From contig OX597815.1 of NCBI GenBank assembly GCA_951406725.2, positions 177,940,001 through 178,004,000 on the forward strand: 64,000 bases of DNA, given 5' to 3'. Every line of letters begins with the position of its first letter. The stretch's first letter is position 1. Positions 26,940 through 38,263 of the stretch are shown piece after piece. The DNA is from Octopus vulgaris. Taxonomy: Eukaryota. The notes beneath the pieces are model-generated. The model did not search any database. It was given only the letters and a program-made list of their open reading frames with translations, and was not told the DNA's origin. The translations under genes and the position numbers were made by a program.

Positions 26940-27324
26940 GTAAATATTCATAACACGTTTACAAATACACACAATCACATACATAAACATGTGTGTGTGT
27001 GTGCGGGTGTAGACCTATATATATATATGTATGAATATATATAAATAATATATATGCATATACATTCCGGTGATGGCTTAACTCACTGCAACTTCGAAGT
27101 CAGTGTCAATGAAGTTTTTGTTAAAGAATAATAAATTTGTACTGTAAATAAGTGTAGAGCAGGGGTGGGGCAACGTTTTAGTGCGGCGAGCAAAAATTTC
27201 CAAAGAAAAAGGGGCGCGAGCGAACCACAAGTTCTAACTCTTATATCTCTGTAAATCTTGTATATATCTACGTATGATTCGATATACGTTAATAAAGATA
27301 AGTTTAACACGTTAAATTAACGCA

Positions 27325-27528
27325 TCGCCGGGCGAAATGCTTAGCGGTATTTCGTCTGTCGTTACGCTCTGAGTTCAAATTACGCCTAGGTCGACTTTGC
27401 CTTTCATCGTTTCGGGGTCGATAAATAACGTACCAGTTTTGCACTGGGGCCGATGTAATCGACTTAATTCCTTTGTCTGTCCTTGTTTGTCCCCTCTTTG
27501 TTTAGCCCCTTGTGGGCAATAAAGAAAT
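27325..27528 (+). mobile_element. Family A SINE
   Basis: Close match to 7165-7370. Confidence 0.85.
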
Positions 27529-28326
27529 ATATATTACTTATGAGGTATTCTATAGTTTTCAGCTAAAGTGTAGTTGGGTCTTAAGCGGGTGGTATAAACC
27601 TAGCAACATGTGTTTTATAGTGAAAACGAAATTTCCATTCAAATTGTAGTTAGCGGACGATTTTCTGTTCGAGTCTAACCGTTTTAAGTCGTAGTGGAAA
27701 CGCGACCTTTGTTGCAAATAGGCAGATGAGTTTTGTATAAATTTTATATCTGAATAATTTACTATATTTACTATATATCAGAAAAATTTACTTTATATCT
27801 GAATAATTTACTATATTTACTATATTCCACTAGCGAAATCTATACGTATCTTGCAGGTAACTCCATACCAATTTAACTTTGTGCAGCATTCGTGGGAAAA
27901 CAGAATAAAAGAGCTTTTGTTAGATTATCTCTACGAGAAAATATTTCCCTTTGCTGTTGTAAAAAAAAAAAATCGCAGAGAATATTCAACGTCTTCATTC
28001 AATTTCATTACTGCATTTATGTGGCTGTTTATGACAAGAAATTACGCTTTCATGTAAAACAACTATATTTTGTAGCCATTATCCGTAACCTGCTCCCACA
28101 ACACTTCAGTAGCTCTACTTTGCATCACTTGCAAACTTATATGTTCTATGATCATTGAAATGAAACATCTACCACAATAACCAGTCTTTAATTTGATTTT
28201 CTGTTCCTAGGTTAATCGTCAACAGAGATTGCCGTCCTACTCATAAACCTTCACGGTAGTTCCATTATTTGGTGAAAACAATACCGCCAAAGCAACTTAA
28301 ACCATCGAAAGGACGGGTGCATCTGC

Positions 28327-28379
<53 letters not shown>

Positions 28380-28399
28380 CATGCATACATACATGTATG

Positions 28400-28444
<45 letters not shown>

Positions 28445-28540
28445 ATAAAACGGTAAGATAACAAAAGAAAGAAAGAGACCTCAATATTATGTAAATAGAG
28501 GAAATTTATCTATACAATATGTTACATTACTCGGTAGTCA

Positions 28541-28603
28541 AGATAAAACTCTGAGTTTCAGATGCCGAAGTGGAAATCCACAACACCATCTCTTCGGTTA
28601 TCT
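28541..28603 (-). ncRNA. Type I hammerhead ribozyme (variant) in PLE 3' UTR
   Basis: Exact reverse complement of 33490-33552. Confidence 0.75.
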
Positions 28604-28797
28604 GGCTATTTGAAAACGTTATGAAAAAATACCGTTAAAAATGAAGGGAAATTACTCTGTTATAACTCTGCTTTGCCTGCGTACTTATACATCGCTCGCA
28701 TTTTTCGTCATAAAAATTATATAAAAATACATAAAAATATATAAAAATATATAAAAATATATAAAATCTTCTTGGGACATAACACAGAAAGCATGTT

Positions 28798-30438
28798 CTA
28801 TCCGTTTTCTTTAGAGGACCAAAAACGTAACAGAAATTTAGTCACATGTGGGCATGATCCGAAAAGTTCTGTCCTTGTATTTAGACATGTGGTAGGGTCT
28901 AAGCTGCTTTTCCAGATAAGCCATCTCTCCATGTCGCATAAACCGCACCTTCCGCTGCCGTTAGTATAGGGCTTACATCTGGCCAAAATCTTCCATTGTA
29001 TGTTATAATCGACACCTTTATCTCTTAAAGACCAAATATGATTGGATAATTGTGTCGCTTTTCTTTTGTTCCAGTGCCTAAAGCTCAAAGTGTGGTTATT
29101 GAACCTGGCCTTGAAATTACCCTCTGTCAGGCCCACGTATTTCTTCGTCAAAACGGTGTCTTTAGTGGTTATAGAGTTTACGGTAGCTTCATATATGATG
29201 GTCTTGGACATGCAAGCTCCATTTAGCGGGCACAATTCTTTATTCCTGCATGAACAGCTGTTTTCTTCTTGTGTTTTTTGTATGTTATGATTGATTATGT
29301 TTTTAAAATTGGTAGTTGAACTAAAACTAATTTTTAAATTGTGTCTATTGAAGAGTTTCCTATAAGCATGGTTAACTGGAAAATGTCTATCTATCAGTGC
29401 TAGGAAATATTTACCTATATTGAAGGCCACCTCGGGTGAGTAAGGGGGCGTAAACCAGATGACCTTCCTATTTCTATTATTCCTTTTCCTTATTGTTGGG
29501 CTGGTGATAGGTGTATATTTTATTTTTTCGCTAAAACCACTATCTTTTAAAGCTTTATTATAAACTGGGGCAACGCTATTGAAGATGTCCTCATTAGATG
29601 AGAGGCTAGAAATCCTCTTACTAATATTTTTAACTAAATTTTTGAATACTATAGGGGGATGGCATGAACCTACATTAATATAACTTAGTCTATCATTGGG
29701 CTTCCTATAAGGCTTATAAATATTATTATTAAGATCTAAGGAAACGTCTAAGAAATTGACAACCGTCAGGTTAGTGTCTATAGTTATACTAAGTCCGAAG
29801 TGTTTCATTAACTGGATAATATCCTTCCTAAAACGATCTTGTGCTGGTCCATTTGTATTAGCTGTTAAGGCGAGGGCATCATCTTTGTAGATGGCGAAAT
29901 GTACGTTAGGGAATGTCTTACTGAAGGTATCTAGGAGAAAGAGTCCAATTAGATCACAGATGCCTGCCCCATCATATGAACCCATGCTCACATCGAAAGC
30001 GCCCTCCGTGTCGGTATTTTTTACCCACTTTGCATTCTCACTGAAAAGTAATGTCTTTCTAGCATGGAAGATTATATCCTTATCATTGGTACTAATTTCT
30101 ATGAAGTCACTAGCGAAGATTAGGGCTTTATCTAGCAGTTCTTTAGAGATAGAGGCATAAAAATCAACAATATCGAATTGTGTAAACCTCGCTTTTTTCT
30201 TATTCTTAATAGCTTTAAACCAGTCTACGACTTCTATACTATTGGACCATTGCACTAGCCTAGTATCGGTCTTAATTTTCGTATTTATTTTATCTAAAAT
30301 TTCTTTGCTAATAATCCCTAGTTCTGACTTGGCTGGGTTGATAAGCCTACATTTAGGATTGGAAAGGAAGTTTTCTTTGTGGTCTTTAATAGTAATAAAG
30401 GCCTCTTTTTGGGGGAGGGTTTCTATTTTTTTATCTAA
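28798..30438 (-). CDS. PLE polyprotein, 5'-truncated: reverse transcriptase + GIY-YIG endonuclease
   Basis: CRLINPAKSELG, FDIVDFYASI, MGSYDGA, IYKDDAL, VNFLDV.LDL; CSCRNKELCPLNGAC linker; IIYEATV...YVGLTEGNFKARFNNH; CGLCDME; LNTRTE. The first ~25 aa of the 571 aa track ORF are antisense pseudo-LTR. Confidence 0.92.
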   Translation of the reverse strand, partial: LDKKIETLPQKEAFITIKDHKENFLSNPKCRLINPAKSELGIISKEILDKINTKIKTDTRLVQWSNSIEVVDWFKAIKNKKKARFTQFDIVDFYASISKELLDKALIFASDFIEISTNDKDIIFHARKTLLFSENAKWVKNTDTEGAFDVSMGSYDGAGICDLIGLFLLDTFSKTFPNVHFAIYKDDALALTANTNGPAQDRFRKDIIQLMKHFGLSITIDTNLTVVNFLDVSLDLNNNIYKPYRKPNDRLSYINVGSCHPPIVFKNLVKNISKRISSLSSNEDIFNSVAPVYNKALKDSGFSEKIKYTPITSPTIRKRNNRNRKVIWFTPPYSPEVAFNIGKYFLALIDRHFPVNHAYRKLFNRHNLKISFSSTTNFKNIINHNIQKTQEENSCSCRNKELCPLNGACMSKTIIYEATVNSITTKDTVLTKKYVGLTEGNFKARFNNHTLSFRHWNKRKATQLSNHIWSLRDKGVDYNIQWKILARCKPYTNGSGRCGLCDMERWLIWKSSLDPTTCLNTRTELFGSCPHVTKFLLRFWSSKENG

Positions 30439-30977
30439 GAGGGTAATTTCAAGGCCAGGTTCAATAACCACACTTTGAGTTTTAGGCACTGGAACAAAAG
30501 AAAAGCGACACAATTATCCAATCATATTTGGTCTTTAAGAGATAAAGGTGTCGATTATAACATACAATGGAAGATTTTGGCCAGATGTAAGCCCTATACT
30601 AACGGCAGCGGAAGGTGCGGTTTATGCGACATGGAGAGATGGCTTATCTGGAAAAGCAGCTTAGACCCTACCACATGTCTAAATACAAGGACAGAACTTT
30701 TCGGATCATGCCCACATGTGACTAAATTTCTGTTACGTTTTTGGTCCCCTAAAGAAAACGGATAGAACATGCTTTCTGTGTTATGTCCCAAGAAGATTTT
30801 ATATATTTTTATATATTTTTATATATTTTTATGTATTTTTATATAATTTTTATGACGAAAAATGCGAGCGATGTATAAGTACGCAGGCAAAGCAGAGTTA
30901 TAACAGAGTAATTTCCCTTCATTTTTAACGGTATTTTTTCATAACGTTTTCAAATAGCCAGAAACCGAAGAGATGGT
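30438..30977 (+). repeat. Inverted pseudo-LTR (3' end copy) of left PLE, truncated inside the hammerhead
   Basis: Matches 32968-33508; ORF 30475-30765 repeats the endonuclease C-terminus; ends at CCGAAGAGATGGT. Confidence 0.9.
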
Positions 30978-31654
30978 AAGATAACAAAAGAAAGAAAGAG
31001 ACCTCAATATTATGTAAATAGAGGAAATTTATCTATACAATATGTTACATTACTCGGTAGTCAAGATAAAATAAATCTCCCGAGTTTCAGATGCCGAAGT
31101 GGAAATCCACGACACCATCTCTTCGGTTATCTGGCTATTTGAAAACGTTATGAAAAAATACCGTTAAAAATGAAGGGAAATTACTCTGTTATAACTCTGC
31201 TTTGCCTGCGTACTTATACATCGCTCGCATTTTTCGTCATAAAAATTATATAAAAATACATAAAAATATATAAAAATATATAAAAATATATAAAATCTTC
31301 TTGGGACATAACACAGAAAGCATGTTCTATCCGTTTTCTTTAGGGGACCAAAAACGTAACAGAAATTTAGTCACATGTGGGCATGATCCGAAAAGTTCTG
31401 TCCTTGTATTTAGACATGTGGTAGGGTCTAAGCTGCTTTTCCAGATAAGCCATCTCTCCATGTCGCATAAACCAAGCACCTTCCGCTGCCGTTAGTATAG
31501 GGCTTACATCTGGCCAAAATCTTCCATTGTATGTTATAATCGACACCTTTATCTCTTAAAGACCAAATATGATTGGATAATTGTGTCGCTTTTCTTTTGT
31601 TCCAGTGCCTAAAGCTCAAAGTGTGGTTATTGAACCTGGCCTTGAAATTACCCT
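30975..31654 (-). repeat. Inverted pseudo-LTR (3' end copy) of right PLE
   Basis: Matches ~28452-29124 with small indels (in hammerhead helix III at ~31071; 2 nt insertion at ~31474). Confidence 0.9.
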
Positions 31655-33295
31655 TTAGATAAAAAAATAGAAACCCTCCCCCAAAAAGAGGCCTTTATTA
31701 CTATTAAAGACCACAAAGAAAACTTCCTTTCCAATCCTAAATGTAGGCTTATCAACCCAGCCAAGTCAGAACTAGGGATTATTAGCAAAGAAATTTTAGA
31801 TAAAATAAATACGAAAATTAAGACCGATACTAGGCTAGTGCAATGGTCCAATAGTATAGAAGTCGTAGACTGGTTTAAAGCTATTAAGAATAAGAAAAAA
31901 GCGAGGTTTACACAATTCGATATTGTTGATTTTTATGCCTCTATCTCTAAAGAACTGCTAGATAAAGCCCTAATCTTCGCTAGTGACTTCATAGAAATTA
32001 GTACCAATGATAAGGATATAATCTTCCATGCTAGAAAGACATTACTTTTCAGTGAGAATGCAAAGTGGGTAAAAAATACCGACACGGAGGGCGCTTTCGA
32101 TGTGAGCATGGGTTCATATGATGGGGCAGGCATCTGTGATCTAATTGGACTCTTTCTCCTAGATACCTTCAGTAAGACATTCCCTAACGTACATTTCGCC
32201 ATCTACAAAGATGATGCCCTCGCCTTAACAGCTAATACAAATGGACCAGCACAAGATCGTTTTAGGAAGGATATTATCCAGTTAATGAAACACTTCGGAC
32301 TTAGTATAACTATAGACACTAACCTGACGGTTGTCAATTTCTTAGACGTTTCCTTAGATCTTAATAATAATATTTATAAGCCTTATAGGAAGCCCAATGA
32401 TAGACTAAGTTATATTAATGTAGGTTCATGCCATCCCCCTATAGTATTCAAAAATTTAGTTAAAAATATTAGTAAGAGGATTTCTAGCCTCTCATCTAAT
32501 GAGGACATCTTCAATAGCGTTGCCCCAGTTTATAATAAAGCTTTAAAAGATAGTGGTTTTAGCGAAAAAATAAAATATACACCTATCACCAGCCCAACAA
32601 TAAGGAAAAGGAATAATAGAAATAGGAAGGTCATCTGGTTTACGCCCCCTTACTCACCCGAGGTGGCCTTCAATATAGGTAAATATTTCCTAGCACTGAT
32701 AGATAGACATTTTCCAGTTAACCATGCTTATAGGAAACTCTTCAATAGACACAATTTAAAAATTAGTTTTAGTTCAACTACCAATTTTAAAAACATAATC
32801 AATCATAACATACAAAAAACACAAGAAGAAAACAGCTGTTCATGCAGGAATAAAGAATTGTGCCCGCTAAATGGAGCTTGCATGTCCAAGACCATCATAT
32901 ATGAAGCTACCGTAAACTCTATAACCACTAAAGACACCGTTTTGACGAAGAAATACGTGGGCCTGACAGAGGGTAATTTCAAGGCCAGGTTCAATAACCA
33001 CACTTTGAGCTTTAGGCACTGGAACAAAAGAAAAGCGACACAATTATCCAATCATATTTGGTCTTTAAGAGATAAAGGTGTCGATTATAACATACAATGG
33101 AAGATTTTGGCCAGATGTAAGCCCTATACTAACGGCAGCGGAAGGTGCGGTTTATGCGACATGGAGAGATGGCTTATCTGGAAAAGCAGCTTAGACCCTA
33201 CCACATGTCTAAATACAAGGACAGAACTTTTCGGATCATGCCCACATGTGACTAAATTTCTGTTACGTTTTTGGTCCCCTAAAGAAAACGGATAG
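31655..33295 (+). CDS. PLE polyprotein, 5'-truncated: reverse transcriptase + GIY-YIG endonuclease
   Basis: Frame open from LDKKIETL at 31655 through the track ORF 31838-33295; translation equals the left copy except FWSP vs FWSS at the C-terminus. Confidence 0.92.
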   Translation, partial: LDKKIETLPQKEAFITIKDHKENFLSNPKCRLINPAKSELGIISKEILDKINTKIKTDTRLVQWSNSIEVVDWFKAIKNKKKARFTQFDIVDFYASISKELLDKALIFASDFIEISTNDKDIIFHARKTLLFSENAKWVKNTDTEGAFDVSMGSYDGAGICDLIGLFLLDTFSKTFPNVHFAIYKDDALALTANTNGPAQDRFRKDIIQLMKHFGLSITIDTNLTVVNFLDVSLDLNNNIYKPYRKPNDRLSYINVGSCHPPIVFKNLVKNISKRISSLSSNEDIFNSVAPVYNKALKDSGFSEKIKYTPITSPTIRKRNNRNRKVIWFTPPYSPEVAFNIGKYFLALIDRHFPVNHAYRKLFNRHNLKISFSSTTNFKNIINHNIQKTQEENSCSCRNKELCPLNGACMSKTIIYEATVNSITTKDTVLTKKYVGLTEGNFKARFNNHTLSFRHWNKRKATQLSNHIWSLRDKGVDYNIQWKILARCKPYTNGSGRCGLCDMERWLIWKSSLDPTTCLNTRTELFGSCPHVTKFLLRFWSPKENG

Positions 33296-33489
33296 AACAT
33301 GCTTTCTGTGTTATGTCCCAAGAAGATTTTATATATTTTTATATATTTTTATATATTTTTATGTATTTTTATATAATTTTTATGACGAAAAATGCGAGCG
33401 ATGTATAAGTACGCAGGCAAAGCAGAGTTATAACAGAGTAATTTCCCTTCATTTTTAACGGTATTTTTTCATAACGTTTTCAAATAGCC

Positions 33490-33552
33490 AGATAACCGAA
33501 GAGATGGTGTTGTGGATTTCCACTTCGGCATCTGAAACTCAGAGTTTTATCT
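33490..33552 (+). ncRNA. Type I hammerhead ribozyme (variant) in PLE 3' UTR
   Basis: Helix I AGATAA/TTATCT; core CCGAAGA; helix II GATG...GTGG-ATTT-CCAC...CATC plus an extra T; GAAA; helix III ACT-CAG-AGT; predicted GUU cleavage after 33546. Confidence 0.75.
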
Positions 33553-33581
33553 TGACTACCGAGTAATGTAACATATTGTAT

Positions 33582-33623
<42 letters not shown>

Positions 33624-33959
33624 TATTTAAAACAGTTTGATTCGGTTTCTTGTTTCTTCAATTTTCGGAAGCCCCTAGCGTGAGTACGACTCCTTCAGGC
33701 TCTGCATTGCCGATTCCGCCGATTCCTACTAAATGTGTTGAGTGCTCTTTTCTTTTGTCCACTCAGTCGTATACATACGGGTGTCTCAGTTCTTTGTAAT
33801 CATCTGTTTTAAGTTAGAAAAATGCACATAGTTCATCTGTATTTGAAGAGAAATTGTTACAAATAAACTTGAGAATCCTTTTACCTGACGTATTCAATGG
33901 ATCCACCGTTAACATCAATGGAATCTTTAATACAGGTTCGGAAGAATTACCATGCTCAA

Positions 33960-36150
33960 ATCAGATGATCTTTATCAATTTTTGATGTATTCAATATTTT
34001 ATAAAAGTCTTGCCGACAGTGTAACTACAGTTATTTCGTCTTCGTAATATGCTGCAATAAATTGTTCCATTGATGAACTGGACTTGAAACATCCAATCCA
34101 GAGATTGTAAACAACCATAGAATTAAAACGTAGGAAGCGGATACGACGCTCTTATTCGGTCCATTCTGTGGAAATCTTTGCTGAATGGTACAAATTCTAA
34201 AGTTGCTCTGAGGTTCTGATCTTTGTAACGTCAATGAGCATTCATATTGCGAGAATTTACAGCAGTTTTGACGATTCTGGATTAAAACCATCTGAGATTG
34301 GTTCTTAAGGTTGTTTCTATATGGGGACGTAATTTTAAAAGTATCAGTTTTCTAGAATATTTTAAAAAACAATAACAGCTTTACGCCCGCTTAGCATATC
34401 CAGGATCTCTTTCGTTTTGACATGGGTGCAAAAGTAATTTTCTACCAACTTTGCCTTCATTAAGTAAATCCCCCAATTCTGCTCTGGCTTCCGTATTCCT
34501 AACAACAGTAATATTCATTATTGGTTCCTTGCCATTTAAAAAGGACCTGGTGGAATTCTTTAGTTCTGCTTTTGTATACTCATCTGTACCTAGTGTCATT
34601 AATGCTATTAGTTTGGGTTATCACGTATGGTGCTTGTCTATTTTGGTTAGAAATGTATTACTTCCGTGTTATTTTTATAAAGTCACTATTTAGAATTGTT
34701 TGCTTTTCGTTTTTCTTTTTCTATTTCTTCGGCACTGTTATTTCATGTAGAGACACCCATGTTGGAGATTGTTGTTTTGTTTCTGAAACATTTTAGATTG
34801 AATTTAGCTTATCTTCAAGAAAAAGCTTCAAGTTATCATGTATTGTTTTCACCTGGTTGCTACTTTTTTTTTCAATTTCTCGTGAGCTTATTTTCGATCT
34901 AGCTTTACATATTTCCTTCAGTTATTTTCTTCACTTAATTATGGCCTTGTTTTCCCGTGGGATACAGTTGCGGTTATTCCTCCTATGTTTGGAATACTTG
35001 CTTCTCTTGTATTTTGACACGCAATTTATAATGTTATTTTTAAAAGGGTTGATATTGTTGATATCACTGAAAGCAACGAAGCGAATTTTCACAACAAACG
35101 TATAATGAATGTCGTCCAGCTGCATCGGTGGTATGTCTCTTCCAGCCATAACGCATTCTACTTTCTTAATTACACCGAACCTCAGCGACGTTCAGCATGA
35201 AGTGCTTTGTTATATGACTGGTAGACTTCATCAAAAAATTTTACTCTTTTAACTGAGTCACACTTATGCGAATTGTCTAAGCAAATAGTCAACTCAGTAC
35301 TGTGGTAGATAGAAACAATATTCACTATAATGATAAAGAACTCATATTTTATCACCTTGCAGGGATATACTGCAAGGTAAGACACTTGTCTTTTACCTGA
35401 TCCTTGTGATCTTTGACAACTCATTACGAATGCAACATCAAATGTAGAAGAAACAGGTTTACAAAAAGCATCTCGAGAAGCAGATACGATTCTGCGAATA
35501 TAATTACTGATACAATTATACACATAATATGGCCCTTCAAATACTATAAATGAAGCTTAGCGATTAATTCTGCGTGATGAGGAAGCACCAAATCGAATCA
35601 GTCAATATGTTAATGACGATGGCACTGAGTTCAGGAATCGCAATCAGCCAAAAGCAGATTTTAAATCATTTAATGTCACAAACTAGAAATCCGTAAATGA
35701 GTTCAAATATCTGAGATCGTGAATAGAAAACGTGAAAAAAGACCATTTAGCAACAACTGAACTGACATGGTTAGCAGGGAAAAAGGGGTCTTCAATGTGT
35801 GAAACAAATCAATGTAATGGTCTCAAGTTTCAGATTTTCAGAAAGTCTATTGATAAGTGTATCTGAATGAACGCTTCTTGGAACAACTTTTACCGAACAG
35901 TTCATTATATGAAATAATACCGTTATTAAGAGAAACCATTAGACATAAGTCTATGGGGCATGTTTGGTCAAAAACAATGCAGTCGTAGGTCAACTATCAA
36001 TATACGAACCATTACATAGCAAAAGGAAAGACACAGTTTATCGAACATACGTGGAGCATTTGTTGGCGAGCATAAATCTTGAAAGAAAATGTGTTGAGGG
36101 GAGAATGGGTGACATGGAATCCTGGAAGAGTCTAATCAAGGTGATACGAT
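33960..36150. mobile_element. Decayed RTE-clade LINE with inverted 5' part
   Basis: Minus 33960-35180: RPHIETTLRTN, NLRATL.FV.FSK, MEQFIAAY; plus 35330-36150: ILQGKTLVFYLILVIFDNSLR, SRSRYDSANIITD, VNEFKYLRS*I. Confidence 0.7.
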
Positions 36151-36278
36151 GATGCTCGATATGACAAACGACATAACAAGAAGTGAAGGAAAGAGGGCAA
36201 GGATGAAAGGAGGAGAAATCGAATGCGAAATTGTGAGACGGGTAGTGGGTGGGAAACTCACACTAAGGATGTGTGTGT

Positions 36279-36349
<71 letters not shown>

Positions 36350-37414
36350 CAGAAGTCTATTTATTTATGTCTGAGTATTTCACCTGTACCTGGGGAAGTC
36401 TCTTTCGCAGTTTAAAATGGCATTGGCGCAGTTCGTCACCAAACTTCTACGTGACATCCCATTGCTGGCCACCACCTCAACCCAGGTGCCCCATTATTTT
36501 CTCATCTCTCAGGGCTATGGTCTAAAGCGATGGATATGGCGAACTGACAGGTATTTCGCGTAATAACGGGAGAAAGTAAATTGTTTGGGAGACTGCGCTC
36601 ACAAGCGACATGCGTATCGCATGTGATGCTTTATTATATGATACACAGCGTATGAAGCCTGAGAGATACGACCACTCGACACGATATAAGCCTACAGAAT
36701 CGACCATGCAGCAGTGATGCGTGTTGAGGTCAGAGTTCGTAGAAATTAACGAAAAAGTCAGGATTTCGTTTAGAGCAATAACAAAGATCATTTATTAGAA
36801 AACAGTTTACCTTACCTGAAAGACGCGTAGATTTCCATCTTCAGTAGTGTATAGACAAAAATTACATCTAGAAAAATCTGACGTTATCTGTCTCCGGCTT
36901 AAGAAAAAACACCTAAAACATGAATACTAAATGGCAGTCGCTGCCATTTAGAGGAATTTTTCTGTTTTAAGATAAGTTCTGGTTTCTTCTTTTGTTCAAA
37001 ATTTTGGAAAGATTTGAAATATGTGAGTGGATTACAGTGCCGTTCGTCTGTTTTGTTCTTTTGTTTTTGTTTTTTAAGTTCAAAACAAGAAAAGGGTTAA
37101 TATTTCGGTTAAAACGACTTTTATCAATTTTGCATGATTCAGTGATAAAATTACTAGATACACAATGAAACTATGATAGCGACAATGCTATGTCCTCGAC
37201 TCCAGGTTACTGTTAATGTCAATCGATTGTCAATGTCTTCATCATTCACATCATTGAAAAGTCTTGATTGAATAACGTAGTCAATTCAAATTATGCAGCA
37301 TGAATTTGTATTATGAGTCCATAATATATCTTATCACGTGACTTTAAACATCGCAGGTTCAACCGAACGAACTTTTGAATATGTTGTTCGCTCAATATAT
37401 ATTCATTATTGTAA

Positions 37415-37710
37415 AGGCGAGTGAATTAGTGGTTAAGGCACGCGATTTACGATCGTAAGGCCGTGAGTTCAATTCCCGGCGACGCGCTATGTCCTTGAGC
37501 ATGACACTTTATTTCACGTTGCTCCAGTTCTGTATCACAAAGGGCCAGCCTTATCACCCTTTCTGTCAAGCTGAAATTTCCTTGAGAATTATGTTAAAGG
37601 TACACGTGTCTGTGGAGTGCTCAGCCACTTGCACGCTAATTTCACGAGCAAGCTGTTCCGTTGATCGTAACAACTGGGACCCTCGTCGTCGTAATCGACG
37701 GAGTGCCCCT
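37415..37710 (+). mobile_element. tRNA-derived SINE family C
   Basis: AGTGGTTAAGG A box, GAGTTCAATTCCC B box, TGTCCTTGAGCATGACACTTTATTTCAC, tail CACGCTAATTTCACGAGCAAGCTGTTCCGTTGATCG...GACGGAGTGCC. Confidence 0.8.
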
Positions 37711-37972
37711 ATATTCAGTATTATATACTATACACTTTCGCCTGTTTCTGTAGTTTACAATATAAATTATTTAAGTAATTGAAATGATCGACTATTTTTC
37801 TTCATTTAAAACTGATGCCAACAATGTTTTAGCGTACAAATCATAATCCCAGTAAATAAATAATTCCTTCACTAGATAAAGAATAGATTTTACACGTAAC
37901 AAAAGTTTTTAGTAAAAATACGCACATACAGACACATACACACAGAAAGACAGCTAGCTATACATATATATT

Positions 37973-38069
<97 letters not shown>

Positions 38070-38198
38070 TTAAATATATATATATATATATGGGTATGTA
38101 TGTGTACTGTGTACGTGTGTATGCGTGTATAATTATATAAGCATGTATAGAAATATGTATATACTTATATATTTACGCATAAATCTATACTATATATA

Positions 38199-38263
<65 letters not shown>

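Larger units (their letters stand above)
28442..33586. mobile_element. Palindromic double Penelope-like retroelement (probable Naiad type) in (TA)n
   Basis: [body minus 28442-30438][3' copy plus 30438-30977][3' copy minus 30975-31654][body plus 31655-33586]; arms nearly identical; (TA)n at 28330-28441 and 33585-33618. Confidence 0.92.

Noticed and set aside
27161-27300. hAT-like terminus CAGGGGTGGGGCAAC
   Set aside because: No matching second TIR or TSD found
30439-30513. N-terminal MCRFSFVPVPKTQSVVIEPGLEITL of the 571 aa ORF
   Set aside because: Antisense reading of the inverted pseudo-LTR, in frame by chance; the mirror junction at 31654 is shifted by 1 bp
32820-33295. Selenocysteine recoding as reported for some Naiad PLEs
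   Set aside because: The frame has no internal TGA; all conserved Cys are ordinary codons
28772-33321. Short ORFs (MGHNTES..., MDNCVAF..., MAKCTLG..., MDHCTSL...) repeated in the palindrome
   Set aside because: Antisense shadows of the PLE ORF
33650-33710. Minus-strand CTGAAGG...GAAAATT motifs (also ~22410-22450, ~22770-22812) and CTGAGGA at ~1085-1190
   Set aside because: A9 absent or helix I unpaired; cannot be distinguished from chance without a family consensus
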